This document shows positions 1 through 9,736 of a stretch of DNA of 64,000 bases, one piece after another. The notes under the pieces are model-generated. The model was given only the letters and a program-made list of their open reading frames with translations, did no database searches and had not been told where the DNA came from. Position 1 is the stretch's first letter, and each line of letters opens with the position of its first letter. The translations under genes were made by a program, and so were the position numbers. Origin of the DNA: Candidatus Buchananbacteria bacterium (GTDB taxonomy: Bacteria > Patescibacteriota > Patescibacteriia > Buchananbacterales > UBA6539); assembly GCA_013359225.1 (NCBI GenBank), contig JABWCG010000004.1:1550-65549 (forward strand), in the 5' to 3' direction.

Positions 1-1
1 G

Positions 2-118
2 CCATTTTTGATTCAAACCGGGTTTCTGAAACGCACACCCAAGGGCCGAATGGCAACCGAACTCGCCTATCGCCACCTTGGACTTGACGATACTAAAAAC
101 CGACACAAGCTGCTATAA
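2..118 (+). CDS. ruvB: Holliday junction branch migration helicase RuvB, 3' end (partial)
   Basis: Frame from base 2 reads [27 protein letters not shown]...*, the conserved RuvB C-terminal motif. Confidence 0.9.
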   Translation, partial: PFLIQTGFLKRTPKGRMATELAYRHLGLDDTKNRHKLL

Positions 119-125
119 TTAAATT

Positions 126-371
126 ATGGAGATTTCACTTTCACTATTCTATTTCATCTACCTAATCTTTGTTGTCATCTTTTTATTTTTCACATTTGCT
201 AACGTTTATCACCTCCTGCGCTTTGGTTTTCTCAGCGTTAGTAATCTGGTACTGGTGGCATTTTATATTCTAGGATCAGTTGCAATTCTCGCCATCTCAT
301 GGGGCTATATCGGTCAAATTGACTGGACTCAAATGATTCCCATTATGACTCAGGTACAAGTATCATTATGA
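126..371 (+). CDS. Small membrane protein (2 TM helices)
   Basis: 81 aa hydrophobic ORF, 7 nt after the ruvB stop and overlapping the next start. Confidence 0.75.
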   Translation: MEISLSLFYFIYLIFVVIFLFFTFANVYHLLRFGFLSVSNLVLVAFYILGSVAILAISWGYIGQIDWTQMIPIMTQVQVSL

Positions 372-934
372 TCAAATTTTTTATTCCTCACCGCAAAGAC
401 GGCGAAAAAATTATTTTTTTCCTGCGACGCCACCCATTTACGATTGCCATTAAAATCGTCTTTTGGGCGATTGTCGCTATAATGCCATTAGCATTTCATC
501 TTATCCTGGAAGACACCGTATCGTCGTTATTAACCAACCAGTATATCGCGCCGATTATTATTTTGTTCTTGAGCCTCTACTACCTCTACGTCTGGCTATT
601 CATGTTCCATAGTTTTGTCGACTACTACCTGGATGTTTGGATTGTTACTAATCACCGAGTTATTAATATTGAACAAAAAGGATTATTTTCTCGGACTGTC
701 TCCGAACAAAAAATGTACCGCATCCAGGACGTGACTTCGGAACTTAAAGGATTGTTTGGAACATTCCTGGATTTTGGAACGGTCTATATTCAAACCGCCG
801 GTGAACAAGCCAGGTTTATCTTTAAACAAATTCCCCAACCACAAGAAGTGGCCCGAAAAATTAACCAGCTAGTTGAAGAAAACAAAAAATATCACGAGCT
901 AGAGATACAAAAAAACGGCCGTGAGGCCGACTAA
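368..934 (+). CDS. Membrane protein with bacterial PH (bPH_2-like) domain
   Basis: Two TM segments followed by WIVTNHRVINIEQKGLF...IQDVTSE..GLFGTFLDFGTVYIQTAG. Confidence 0.8.
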   Translation: MIKFFIPHRKDGEKIIFFLRRHPFTIAIKIVFWAIVAIMPLAFHLILEDTVSSLLTNQYIAPIIILFLSLYYLYVWLFMFHSFVDYYLDVWIVTNHRVINIEQKGLFSRTVSEQKMYRIQDVTSELKGLFGTFLDFGTVYIQTAGEQARFIFKQIPQPQEVARKINQLVEENKKYHELEIQKNGREAD

Positions 935-946
935 CCAACGCTTAAT

Positions 947-977
947 AAAAATATGGCAAACATCGTGCCATATTTTT
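947..977. terminator. Bidirectional intrinsic terminator
   Basis: AAAAATATGGCA / TGCCATATTTTT inverted repeat between convergent genes. Confidence 0.7.
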
Positions 978-1074
978 GTTTTTGTTTTGGTTGTACGCTC
1001 GAAAAGAACAAATATATGATCGCCAATGATTTAAAGTATCGCCGGACCGGCGAACACGACTGGCGTTATTTGTA

Positions 1075-1353
1075 TTAAAATCGAAAATAACCCTGGCTAA
1101 GCTTTTCACTTACAAGCTGCCCCGGCAAATACGCTGCTGACTGTTCAATCAAAGGAGCCGCCTCAACAGTTGACTGGTTACTCAGCAAATTAGTCGACAA
1201 ACGCAGCAGCAAACCAACTGCTATAACAATAAAAAAAGCACTGATTAAACTCACCAGGAGCTGGCGCGAAATCAGGCTTTGAGGCAGGGCTTTATTATAC
1301 TGCACCATCCCAAACAGAGACAGCACATCATGACCGGATTGAATTTTTGACAT
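1075..1353 (-). CDS. Hypothetical single-TM protein
   Basis: 92 aa ORF with ATG start, one hydrophobic helix and a consensus promoter upstream. Confidence 0.55.
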   Translation of the reverse strand: MSKIQSGHDVLSLFGMVQYNKALPQSLISRQLLVSLISAFFIVIAVGLLLRLSTNLLSNQSTVEAAPLIEQSAAYLPGQLVSEKLSQGYFRF

Positions 1354-1438
1354 ACAATTTGCTTTTTATTTTTGTTTTTTGGCTTGAACCGGAAAATGCG
1401 GTTCAAAAAAGAGAGTCTGTCTTGAGCTCTCTAAAATC

Positions 1439-1467
1439 AGTATAGCACATCTAAAAAATTTTGTCAA
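1439..1467 (-). promoter_or_regulatory. Sigma70 promoter with extended -10
   Basis: Minus strand TTGACA-N17-TATACT with TGn before the -10. Confidence 0.75.
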
Positions 1468-1519
1468 TAAAAACCCATAAAACTTTGTATATTTACCAAA
1501 ATTAAGATATTATCTTAAT

Positions 1520-2959
1520 ATGAGCGAAGTCCAAAAAATTGCCCATAACACGATTATTCAACTAATCGGCAAGGCGCTAACAATCGGTTTAGCGCTGATT
1601 ATTTTTGGTTTCATCGCCCGCTATTTAGGGCAAGGCGGTTTTGGTCACTACTCAACCATCTACGCCTATATGGCAATCTTCGGTATCCTGGTGGACCTCG
1701 GGCTGCAGATGACTACTACTAAAATGATTTCCGATCCGGCCGAAAATGAAAATACAATCATTAATAACGCGCTGGCAATCCGATTTATCAGCTCGTTTCT
1801 GTTTTTAACGCTCGCGGCGTTTATTGCCGTGCTCATGCCGTATGGAACGATTGTTAAACTGGGCATCATTATTGCCGTTGCCGGTTTTACTGCTTCGGCC
1901 CTCACCACGGTTTTAACAAGTCACTTCCAAAAAAACCTTACCACCCATCAAATGGTTATTGCCGAACTAGCCGGTAAAACCGCTACGCTGACGTTAGTCA
2001 TAATGGCAATCAAACTCAATGTTGGGTTACTGGGCGTAGTCAGCGCCACCATGCTTGACAGTGTCATCGTCTGTGCTGCTGCCTGGGGCTTTGCCAACAA
2101 AACACTCCGGCTTCGTTTAGCCTTTGACCCTGAAGTCTGGCAAAAAATTTTTTCAGCCACTTGGCCAATTGGCATAACTATTGCGTTAAACCTGATCTAT
2201 TTCAAGGGAGACATTTTTATTATGTCGCTGATTAAAACCCCAAACGATGTCGGGCTGTATGCTGCTCCCTACCGGGTGCTGGAAGTATTAATCAACTTTG
2301 TGTATCTAATTCTCGGCCTACTTTTGCCGCTTTTAGCGGCCGCTTGGGCAGTCAAAGACCTAGCTAAATTAAAACGGGTAATCCAGGGCGGATTTGACTT
2401 TCTAATCAGCATTAGTGTTCCCATGATCGTTGGCGGCTATTTTGCCGGCGAAAGCTTAATGACCCTTGTCGCTGGTAAAGATTTTATTATTTCCGGACAA
2501 ATCATCAAAATTTTACTGATCGCCACCGGACTGATTTTTATGGCGGGATTGTTTGGCTACGCTATCGTCGCTATTGGCGAACAAAAAAAGATGATCAAGT
2601 TCTATGCCGGCAACGCCATCTTTGCTATCGTCGGCTATATTTATTTTATCAATCGTTATTCCTATTGGGGTGCGGCCTGGATGACTGTGGCCACCGAACT
2701 GATTATGTTGCTCTCAACAATATATATCCTTAAAAAACAAATCAGTTTCTTACCACGGATTACTATTATTTATAAAGCGCTGGGGGCTAGTGTTGTTATG
2801 GCTTTATTCTTGGCGTACATACCATTAGCTAATTTCGTACTTTTAGTTCTGGCAGGCGCAACCATCTATGTAATTTGTCTATACATCTTTGGTGGATTTG
2901 ATAAAAAAATAATTCAAGAAATTATCAGCGTTAAAAAACATGAAGGCATTAGTCATTAA
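1520..2959 (+). CDS. Wzx/MOP-family oligosaccharide flippase
   Basis: 479 aa polytopic protein; ARYLGQGGFGHY, LVDLGL, DIFIMS...VGLYAAPYRV motifs. Confidence 0.85.
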   Translation: MSEVQKIAHNTIIQLIGKALTIGLALIIFGFIARYLGQGGFGHYSTIYAYMAIFGILVDLGLQMTTTKMISDPAENENTIINNALAIRFISSFLFLTLAAFIAVLMPYGTIVKLGIIIAVAGFTASALTTVLTSHFQKNLTTHQMVIAELAGKTATLTLVIMAIKLNVGLLGVVSATMLDSVIVCAAAWGFANKTLRLRLAFDPEVWQKIFSATWPIGITIALNLIYFKGDIFIMSLIKTPNDVGLYAAPYRVLEVLINFVYLILGLLLPLLAAAWAVKDLAKLKRVIQGGFDFLISISVPMIVGGYFAGESLMTLVAGKDFIISGQIIKILLIATGLIFMAGLFGYAIVAIGEQKKMIKFYAGNAIFAIVGYIYFINRYSYWGAAWMTVATELIMLLSTIYILKKQISFLPRITIIYKALGASVVMALFLAYIPLANFVLLVLAGATIYVICLYIFGGFDKKIIQEIISVKKHEGISH

Positions 2960-3932
2960 TGACAAAATTTACGGCCGTTTTACTATCACTGAACCGGTGC
3001 TAATTGAGCTCATCACTTCCCCTTCCCTCCAACGTCTTAAAAAGATTGAGCAGCACGGAACCTGGCAGTTCCATAAAACGTATCGACACCAATTTAACCG
3101 TTATGAACATTCAGTTGGCGTCATGCTGCTATTACGGCACTTTCAGACCTCGCTTGATGAACAAGTCCACGGCTTACTGCACGACATTTCACATACCGCT
3201 TTTTCCCATGTTTCTGATTTTCTATTTGGGTCCGATTCGATGAAGCACGACTACCAAGATAACCGAATCGCCAAGGCTTATGAACTACAAGGCATTAATA
3301 AGATTCTAAAAAAACACGGAATTGATTCACAATATATTTTAAATGAAAAAAATTTTCCGCTGGCCGAAAACTTGCTGCCCGACCTTTGTGCTGACCGGAT
3401 TGATTATACCCTACGCGATCCCTGGGGCCGTGATCTAACCGCTGTTGATCCAAAACTGATTTTCAAAAATTTGCGCGTCGTTAACCAAAAATTTGCCTTT
3501 ACTTCAAAAACCTGGGCAAAAAAATTCGCCAAACTCAACTTTTTACTCAACCAAAATGTTTGGTGCCACCCAATGCAAGTATCAATCTATGTTTTGTCAG
3601 CCAACATGCTACGTGAGGCGCTAAACCAAAAAATTATCACCAAAAAAGATCTTTATTTGACCGACAAACAAGTAACTACCAAACTCAGACGAGCTAAAAA
3701 TCCAATGGTTACCTCCTACCTAAAACAGATCCAGGCCCTAAAAGTAAAGGAAGTTAGCCGACATCACGCCGATTTTGTTCGTTCATCAAAACCCCGGATT
3801 GTTAACCCCTTTTTCATTAATGGCCAAAAGCTAACCCGGCTCATGGATGTTGACGCTCAATACAAGAAACAGACCGCTACTTGGGTCAAAAAAGTCAAAA
3901 GAGGCTTTAATATAAAAATTATTAATTCGTAA
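2940..3932 (+). CDS. HD-domain phosphohydrolase
   Basis: LQRLKKIEQ, RYEHSVGV, GLLHDISHTAFSH, LCADRIDYTLRD motifs. Confidence 0.85.
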   Translation: MKALVINDKIYGRFTITEPVLIELITSPSLQRLKKIEQHGTWQFHKTYRHQFNRYEHSVGVMLLLRHFQTSLDEQVHGLLHDISHTAFSHVSDFLFGSDSMKHDYQDNRIAKAYELQGINKILKKHGIDSQYILNEKNFPLAENLLPDLCADRIDYTLRDPWGRDLTAVDPKLIFKNLRVVNQKFAFTSKTWAKKFAKLNFLLNQNVWCHPMQVSIYVLSANMLREALNQKIITKKDLYLTDKQVTTKLRRAKNPMVTSYLKQIQALKVKEVSRHHADFVRSSKPRIVNPFFINGQKLTRLMDVDAQYKKQTATWVKKVKRGFNIKIINS

Positions 3933-3934
3933 TT

Positions 3935-5218
3935 ATGTTTTGGTTTGATTTTGCCTGGGACATCCAACATGTTTTAAACCAGTGGTGGTGGCAGATTAAT
4001 TTTTTGCTATTAATCGTTTTTGTTCTACTAATCCGGCTCACCTGGAAAAAACCAATTAACGGTCTAGCATTAACCATTGTACTCTTACCCACCTACCTAA
4101 TACGGTCGCAGATTTGGTTTTTACCTTTTACTTACTTAGAAATTTGTATCTGGGCAGTGTTTCTGACTTGGTTCATTAAAAATCTGACCACTAAAAACAG
4201 CCTACAATATTTCAGTAATCCGTATCGGGCGCCAATCATCCTAATCATAATCGCGGCCACTATTTCACTATTTATCTCGCCAGAAGTTCGGCAAGCGGCC
4301 GGCCTATGGAAAGCGTACTTCATTGAACCAATCATGCTGTTTACCGTTGCGGCAAACACTATTAAAAATAAATCTGACAAAGAAACTATACTTTGGGCCC
4401 TGGGATTATCCACTCTCACCATCTCTTTGTTGGCAATCTACCAAAAATTCAGCGCCTTTGGCATTTTCCAACCAGCCTGGGTTGCAAGCGACCATCGCCG
4501 GGTTACCTCAATCTTTAGTTCGCCAAACGCCGTTGGACTGTATCTCGGGCCAATTATTATACTGTACAGCACTTGGATTATTAATGATTTTAAAAAAATT
4601 AAAGCCACTGTTTTAAAATTTATCATCATGTTGCCCGCTTTATTGGCCGTATGGTTTACCGTATCACAAGGTACTTGGCTTGGCTTGGCGGCCGCAACAG
4701 TTTTTTTGGCATTTTTTGGTTGGGATAAAAAGAAGACGATTTTGTTAGTTATCGCTGGCGGGCTTATTCTCTTTGCTACGCCCGTAATTCGCGAAAAGGC
4801 TTGGCCGATCCTAACTTTTGCCGACGCTTCGGGACAAAACCGTTTAATTCTAATTAGTATGAGCGCTGATTACCTTGGCACCAGCGCCAAAAATTTTCTG
4901 CTCGGCGCAGGTATCCTGGGATTTGCCGACATCCAAAATCAATTACGAGATCCGCTAAAACTTGAAGCGCTTCTCTACCCTCACAACATTGTTTTAAACT
5001 TTTGGCTGGAAATTGGCCTACTGGGGTTAATTGGCTTTGGCTGGATTATTGCGAAATTCTACTACAAAGGCTTAAAACAACTGCAAGCCAGCCCGGACTG
5101 GATTACCCTTGGCGTTTTAGCCGCCATGATCACTGTTCTAATCCACGGACTAATTGACGTTCCCTATTTTAAAAATGATCTGGCGGTTTTGTTTTGGTTA
5201 ATTGTGGCACTGCTTTAA
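3935..5218 (+). CDS. O-antigen ligase/Wzy-like (Wzy_C) membrane protein
   Basis: Polytopic; RVTSIFSSPNAVG, SQGTWLG, YPHNIVLNFWLEIGLLG, IHGLIDVPYF motifs. Confidence 0.85.
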   Translation: MFWFDFAWDIQHVLNQWWWQINFLLLIVFVLLIRLTWKKPINGLALTIVLLPTYLIRSQIWFLPFTYLEICIWAVFLTWFIKNLTTKNSLQYFSNPYRAPIILIIIAATISLFISPEVRQAAGLWKAYFIEPIMLFTVAANTIKNKSDKETILWALGLSTLTISLLAIYQKFSAFGIFQPAWVASDHRRVTSIFSSPNAVGLYLGPIIILYSTWIINDFKKIKATVLKFIIMLPALLAVWFTVSQGTWLGLAAATVFLAFFGWDKKKTILLVIAGGLILFATPVIREKAWPILTFADASGQNRLILISMSADYLGTSAKNFLLGAGILGFADIQNQLRDPLKLEALLYPHNIVLNFWLEIGLLGLIGFGWIIAKFYYKGLKQLQASPDWITLGVLAAMITVLIHGLIDVPYFKNDLAVLFWLIVALL

Positions 5219-5230
5219 AAAAGACAAAAC

Positions 5231-5264
5231 AAAAACCCGGTCGCCTAACACGACCGGGTTTTTT
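5231..5264. terminator. Bidirectional intrinsic terminator
   Basis: AAAAACCCGGTCG-loop-CGACCGGGTTTTT between convergent genes. Confidence 0.8.
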
Positions 5265-5270
5265 ACATTC

Positions 5271-5945
5271 TTATCGTCGGAAGAAACTGTCGACAATTTC
5301 TTTGGCTCGATCTTTGCCGCCGAGACCAAAGGCAATGCCTCCGGCCAAAGCAATCATGAAGACCAAGCCGGTAAACAATATCTGAATTAGTTCTGTAGCA
5401 ACGCGCAATTGAATCAGCGCGGCCATTGAGGTAAACACCAAAATAGCCCACTGGGCAATGTTAGCCAACACCTGTGCTTCTTCGATTTTAGCCGCCGTCG
5501 CCGTTTCACGAACCAGCGTGTGAACAAAATTTCCAACAATAATACCAACAATTAGTATGACAATGGAAATAATCACATGTGGAATGTACAGCACGACTGA
5601 CTGCAAAAACTGAGAAATTTGATTCAATCCCAGGATATCGGCCGCGGCCACCAAAGCAATTGCATACAGAAACCACGTCACCAATAGACCAAGCGCTTCA
5701 CTGACTGCCAGCTTAAAGCCGATCTTTTCCAAGATTTTTTTCAAGCCGGTGGTCTCCATGGCCCGATCAACATAAATTTTTTTCAAGCCGGTTGCAACTA
5801 ATTTGCCAAGCGATGAAGCGGCAAACAAAATAACAATAAAAACAATCGCCGCACCAATAATGCTTGGAATTAAATTAACAAACTTGAACCAAATTTCGAC
5901 AAAGGAAGCAGTCAACACTTCTCCCCAGTCGGTTAATGATGACAT
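5271..5945 (-). CDS. TM-helix repeat membrane protein (CmpX/MscS-associated type)
   Basis: Start MSSLTDW at 5945; two repeated modules (LIPSIIGAAIV / YIPHVIISIVI) and ALAGGIAFGLGGKD C-terminus. Confidence 0.8.
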   Translation of the reverse strand: MSSLTDWGEVLTASFVEIWFKFVNLIPSIIGAAIVFIVILFAASSLGKLVATGLKKIYVDRAMETTGLKKILEKIGFKLAVSEALGLLVTWFLYAIALVAAADILGLNQISQFLQSVVLYIPHVIISIVILIVGIIVGNFVHTLVRETATAAKIEEAQVLANIAQWAILVFTSMAALIQLRVATELIQILFTGLVFMIALAGGIAFGLGGKDRAKEIVDSFFRR

Positions 5946-6006
5946 AGGATATTCTCCTGTTTTTGCCTGATGGCAAAGCGTTAAATCTTTTAAGCACGCT
6001 CCTAGA

Positions 6007-6366
6007 TTACTGAGCGCCGGTGGCCACAATCAACTGAGTAATGACGAAGCTGGCGATGGCGTACGAAACGAAGATGATAACCAAACCGATAATACCGGCG
6101 GTAATAATCTTTTTAGCCTGACCAACTTTTTCTTCGTTACCGGCTGAAGTCAACCAGACGAAACCTCCATACAGAATAATAACGATTGCAATAATACCTA
6201 AGAATCCGAGCAAGACGTTGATGATAGCCATGATACCTTCGCGCAAGTCTTTTGTTCCAAGACCGGTGTAGGTGCCGTATTCCAAGCCGACATTTAATGC
6301 CAATGCTGGAGTAACTGTCAAAGCAAACATCAAAACTGTCAAAGCAATTAATAAAACTTTTTTCAT
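6007..6366 (-). CDS. VirB2/TrbC-like (T4SS_pilin-type) pilin, putative major pilin copy 1
   Basis: Signal peptide (TPALA), two hydrophobic helices, GGFVWLTSAGNEEKVGQAKKII motif; strong SD AAAGGGGGTGA. Confidence 0.85.
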   Translation of the reverse strand: MKKVLLIALTVLMFALTVTPALALNVGLEYGTYTGLGTKDLREGIMAIINVLLGFLGIIAIVIILYGGFVWLTSAGNEEKVGQAKKIITAGIIGLVIIFVSYAIASFVITQLIVATGAQ

Positions 6367-6528
6367 ATTCTCACCCCCTTTCATGACTAATTTATTTAAA
6401 AATACCTTAGATATACTATACCATAAAACAACCTTAGACACCAAATTATTTACAAATGTCAACACTAAATGCTAAAATTAAACCACGAAAAACACTATTA
6501 ATAAAGATAAACGAAACCAAAAACAAAC

Positions 6529-8745
6529 ATGCGACATCATTATCCAACAACTATTCTAAAATTAAGCCTGGCCACCGTGGCTTTTTTCATCTTGGGCGGG
6601 GTTACAGCCCAAGCCAGGACGTTTGATCCAAGCAACATTATCACCGACGATGATTTGATTAACAAAAGTGCGCTGTCAAAAACTGCCATACAAAAATTTT
6701 TGGAGCGCGAAAATAGCGTTTTATCGCGCTACAGCCAAATTGTTAACGGTCAAACGCTTAAAGCGTCAGAAATCATCTGGCAAATCAGTCAAAATCACAC
6801 TATCAATCCAAAATTCCTTTTGACGACACTTGAAAAGGAACAAGCATTAGTCAGTAAAACACAGGCCACGGAAAAAGCGCTGGACTGGGCAACCGGTTAC
6901 AGCTGCTACGGCGGCGGGTGCAATGAAAAGCACCGGGGGTTTTACAACCAAGTTGATGCCGCGGCTGAAACTCAACAAATCTACTGGCAGAAAGCGGGGC
7001 AGTTTAATTTTAAAGTCGGACAAACCACTAAAAGTTTTGACGGCTACCCCGTTACGCCGGCCAATCAGGCAACGGCTAATTTGTATATCTACACTCCGTA
7101 TGTCGGCTATTCGCCGGAACTGGGTGTCACGGCGCCGTATGGTGGCAACCGGCTCTTCTGGCGAATTTGGAACCGTTACTTTACCGACCAAAAATTCTTA
7201 GACGGTCAAATTTTAACTGACGGTTCATCATATTGGTTAATTGAAAAAAATCAAAAACGAAAGTTTGCTTCAAAAGAAATTTTCTTCCAAGACCACACCA
7301 GTGACCAGGCAATCCGAGTTGGCTCGACGGATCTTGCGGCTTATCCTGATGGCCCGGCCGTTAGTTTTGCCAACAACACACTGGTAAAGTCAGATGCTTC
7401 GGGGCAAATTTATCTGCTGTCTGATGGCACTAAGCGGGCCATCGTCGACAATGCCGCCCTGGCTTTACTAAACGACTTTCGCATTGCTATAAGTGAAAAT
7501 GAAATTCCAACCGTTTCTGAGCGGCAGCTTGATAACTACCCACTAGGAAGTTTAATTTTTAGCACTTCGGTGTACCCACAGGGTAAATTGTTCAAGGACG
7601 AAACCGGAACAATTTGGCAGGTAAAAGATGGTTTAAAACACTTTGTTGACACACCGGTCTGGCAAAATCGTTTTGATTCCGAAGCCCCAGAAGACACTAC
7701 TGCTTCAACGCTAGAAAAATACCCGACTGGCGCACCAGTCAAACTTAAAGACGGCACGTTTACCCTCAGTACTAATACCGGCATCTACTACCTGATTTCA
7801 GACGGCGCGCGCATGAAAATTGAAGACTTAACAATTTTTGATCGTATTTTTGGGCCCGAAAAAAAGAACAGCGCCCTGCGCGTTTCAACCGAGCTACTTG
7901 AAGCTCACGACGCCGGTGAAGTAATCGACTATGTTGATGACACCGTTAAAGACACTGATGTACCAAACTCTGGGCCCACGCCCCCAGCCCCTGCCGGCGC
8001 TTATGCCGGAACGTTTGCCACCATGCTGCCCGAAGGGTTAATTATGATGACCGGACAAAAACAAACAGTTACGGTTACCTTCAAAAATACCGGTTCAACC
8101 CCCTGGCAACAAGGCAATGTGTGGCTTCAGGTTACTGATAAGGATAAAACCAGCTCAACGTTTGGTGTTGTCAACAAAATTGACTTTGCCGAAAACTCTG
8201 TTTCAACTAGTCAGCTAGCAACATTTACGTTTGAATTAGCTGCCCCGACTGAACAAAGCGGATTATTAAGCCAGGAATTTGGTATCTACTACAGCAAAAA
8301 TGGCGTGCCAACCAAAATTGCTTCTATTGGCAAATTCGTGATTGTAAAGCCGGGTGCGGCGGCGCAAATTGTTGAACATAACATCCCAGTTGCTGTCCGT
8401 AATACTTGGCGGCCGATTCAAATTACCATGAAAATCCAAAACAACAGCACCGACATCACTTGGTTAGCTAGAAAAACAGCTCTTGAAATTACCAACGACG
8501 ACGGTTCAACTAGTTATTTTCATGACCCTAATGACTGGATCAACAAAACTACCGCGGCAGCGGCCGTCAATAAAACATATATCAAACCTGGTGAAATCGG
8601 GGAATTTAAATTCACCCTTGACCCGCGCGGTATTAAGCGCGGAAACTATATCCTGAAATTCGGGCTCAAATTACTTGATCAAAATGGCAAAGAAATTTTC
8701 TTAAATGGCGAGCAAAACTGGAGACGAGAAATTAGAGTTGATTAA
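6529..8745 (+). CDS. Secreted multidomain surface protein (putative glycoside-hydrolase-like N-domain, beta-repeats, two Ig-like domains)
   Basis: Signal peptide AQA; INPKFLLTTLEKEQ, ANQATANLYIYTP; repeated G-T-L-V-K/IYL..DG.KR modules; VTFKNTGSTPW Ig-like motif. Confidence 0.7.
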   Translation: MRHHYPTTILKLSLATVAFFILGGVTAQARTFDPSNIITDDDLINKSALSKTAIQKFLERENSVLSRYSQIVNGQTLKASEIIWQISQNHTINPKFLLTTLEKEQALVSKTQATEKALDWATGYSCYGGGCNEKHRGFYNQVDAAAETQQIYWQKAGQFNFKVGQTTKSFDGYPVTPANQATANLYIYTPYVGYSPELGVTAPYGGNRLFWRIWNRYFTDQKFLDGQILTDGSSYWLIEKNQKRKFASKEIFFQDHTSDQAIRVGSTDLAAYPDGPAVSFANNTLVKSDASGQIYLLSDGTKRAIVDNAALALLNDFRIAISENEIPTVSERQLDNYPLGSLIFSTSVYPQGKLFKDETGTIWQVKDGLKHFVDTPVWQNRFDSEAPEDTTASTLEKYPTGAPVKLKDGTFTLSTNTGIYYLISDGARMKIEDLTIFDRIFGPEKKNSALRVSTELLEAHDAGEVIDYVDDTVKDTDVPNSGPTPPAPAGAYAGTFATMLPEGLIMMTGQKQTVTVTFKNTGSTPWQQGNVWLQVTDKDKTSSTFGVVNKIDFAENSVSTSQLATFTFELAAPTEQSGLLSQEFGIYYSKNGVPTKIASIGKFVIVKPGAAAQIVEHNIPVAVRNTWRPIQITMKIQNNSTDITWLARKTALEITNDDGSTSYFHDPNDWINKTTAAAAVNKTYIKPGEIGEFKFTLDPRGIKRGNYILKFGLKLLDQNGKEIFLNGEQNWRREIRVD

Positions 8746-8758
8746 GCGTAGCTAAAAT

Positions 8759-8793
8759 AAAAAATCGGCTTATCATGATGAGTCGATTTTTTT
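8759..8793. terminator. Bidirectional intrinsic terminator
   Basis: AAAATCGGCTTA...TGAGTCGATTTT hairpin flanked by A and T tracts between convergent genes. Confidence 0.6.
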
Positions 8794-8800
8794 AATTATA

Positions 8801-9445
8801 TCAAACAAATTTTAAAAACGGTTTTTTCTTTCTAGCAATAACACACAAATCCTCCTTGATTCGATTATGCGTAAACGGTTCAACTGACAAGGGATCATCA
8901 ACTGCCAGTTGCCGAATGGCAACAAATTGTTTTGCTCTTTTAAGTTGGTACAAAAGACCTTCAAGATCATAACACCACTTATGTGCCTCATGGGGCAAGC
9001 TGTGTGCAAAAATGGAAAAATAAAAGCTGGCCGGAGCATCTTTAGGAATGCGATGATGCGCCCACCATGAAAAACCTTTGAGTTCAGAGTAGCTGTTAGC
9101 TAAATACTTTTGAATATGCACTCTTAAATCAGGAACGGTGATTAAAATATAGCCGCCAGGATTTAATAGCTTGGCACAATTTTCCAAGCAACGCTGACCT
9201 TCTTCCATGGATAAGTGTTCAAACACGTGCTGCAGACGAATAAAATCAAACGTCCCAAGAGCTGCAACAGTTTCATCAGACAAGTGAGCGATATCGGCCT
9301 GGGTGTAACGGTCTTTGAACTCCTCGGGAACCTCATGGATAGAAAATAAATCCAAATAATGAAATCCATCCTCAAAGCGATCACCACAACCAACATCAAG
9401 CCAGCGAATCTTTTTTGACACTAGTAATTGTTCTTTCAAATTCAC
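8801..9445 (-). CDS. Class I SAM-dependent methyltransferase
   Basis: WLDVGCG motif I, FDFIRLQHVFEHL, LLNPGGYILITVPD. Confidence 0.85.
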   Translation of the reverse strand: MNLKEQLLVSKKIRWLDVGCGDRFEDGFHYLDLFSIHEVPEEFKDRYTQADIAHLSDETVAALGTFDFIRLQHVFEHLSMEEGQRCLENCAKLLNPGGYILITVPDLRVHIQKYLANSYSELKGFSWWAHHRIPKDAPASFYFSIFAHSLPHEAHKWCYDLEGLLYQLKRAKQFVAIRQLAVDDPLSVEPFTHNRIKEDLCVIARKKKPFLKFV

Positions 9446-9449
9446 GTTT

Positions 9450-9636
9450 TTATTCTCCTAAATAAGTAAATCGCGGCACCGTCGCATGGTTAATTTCTAT
9501 TTGCCCTAAAAACATCTTAGCCGGCCGAACCCAAAGCCGTGACGTTTCATTGTTATATAACGCTTCATACACCACTAAATCTTCCAAGGTCTCGCTGTGC
9601 TTGGCCAAACCAATCACCCGGTACTCTTTTCCGGTG
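9450..9636 (-). pseudogene. DUF1653 family gene, 5' end truncated by the foreign segment
   Basis: TGKEYRVIGLAKHSETLEDLVVYEALY...LWVRPAKMF...PRF is DUF1653-like, but the usual N-terminal G-x-Y-x-H-Y-K lead-in and a proper start are missing. Confidence 0.75.
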
Positions 9637-9692
9637 TTATGTTTTTTACGAGGTAAGAACGAAAACGCTGTAAACAGCAATAAATCGGTATA

Positions 9693-9736
9693 GAAAGGCC
9701 ACTACTTCCAAATTATTGGAATGTGGTCTTTTTTTG
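9693..9736 (+). terminator. Intrinsic terminator of a truncated upstream foreign gene
   Basis: AAAGGCCAC-TAC-TTCCAA...TTGGAA-T-GTGGTCTTTTTTT hairpin with U-tract. Confidence 0.6.

Noticed and set aside
9637-9680. ORF-track N-terminus MLFTAFSFLPRKKHN of the DUF1653 ORF
   Set aside because: Derived from the foreign segment with a weak start; not DUF1653-like
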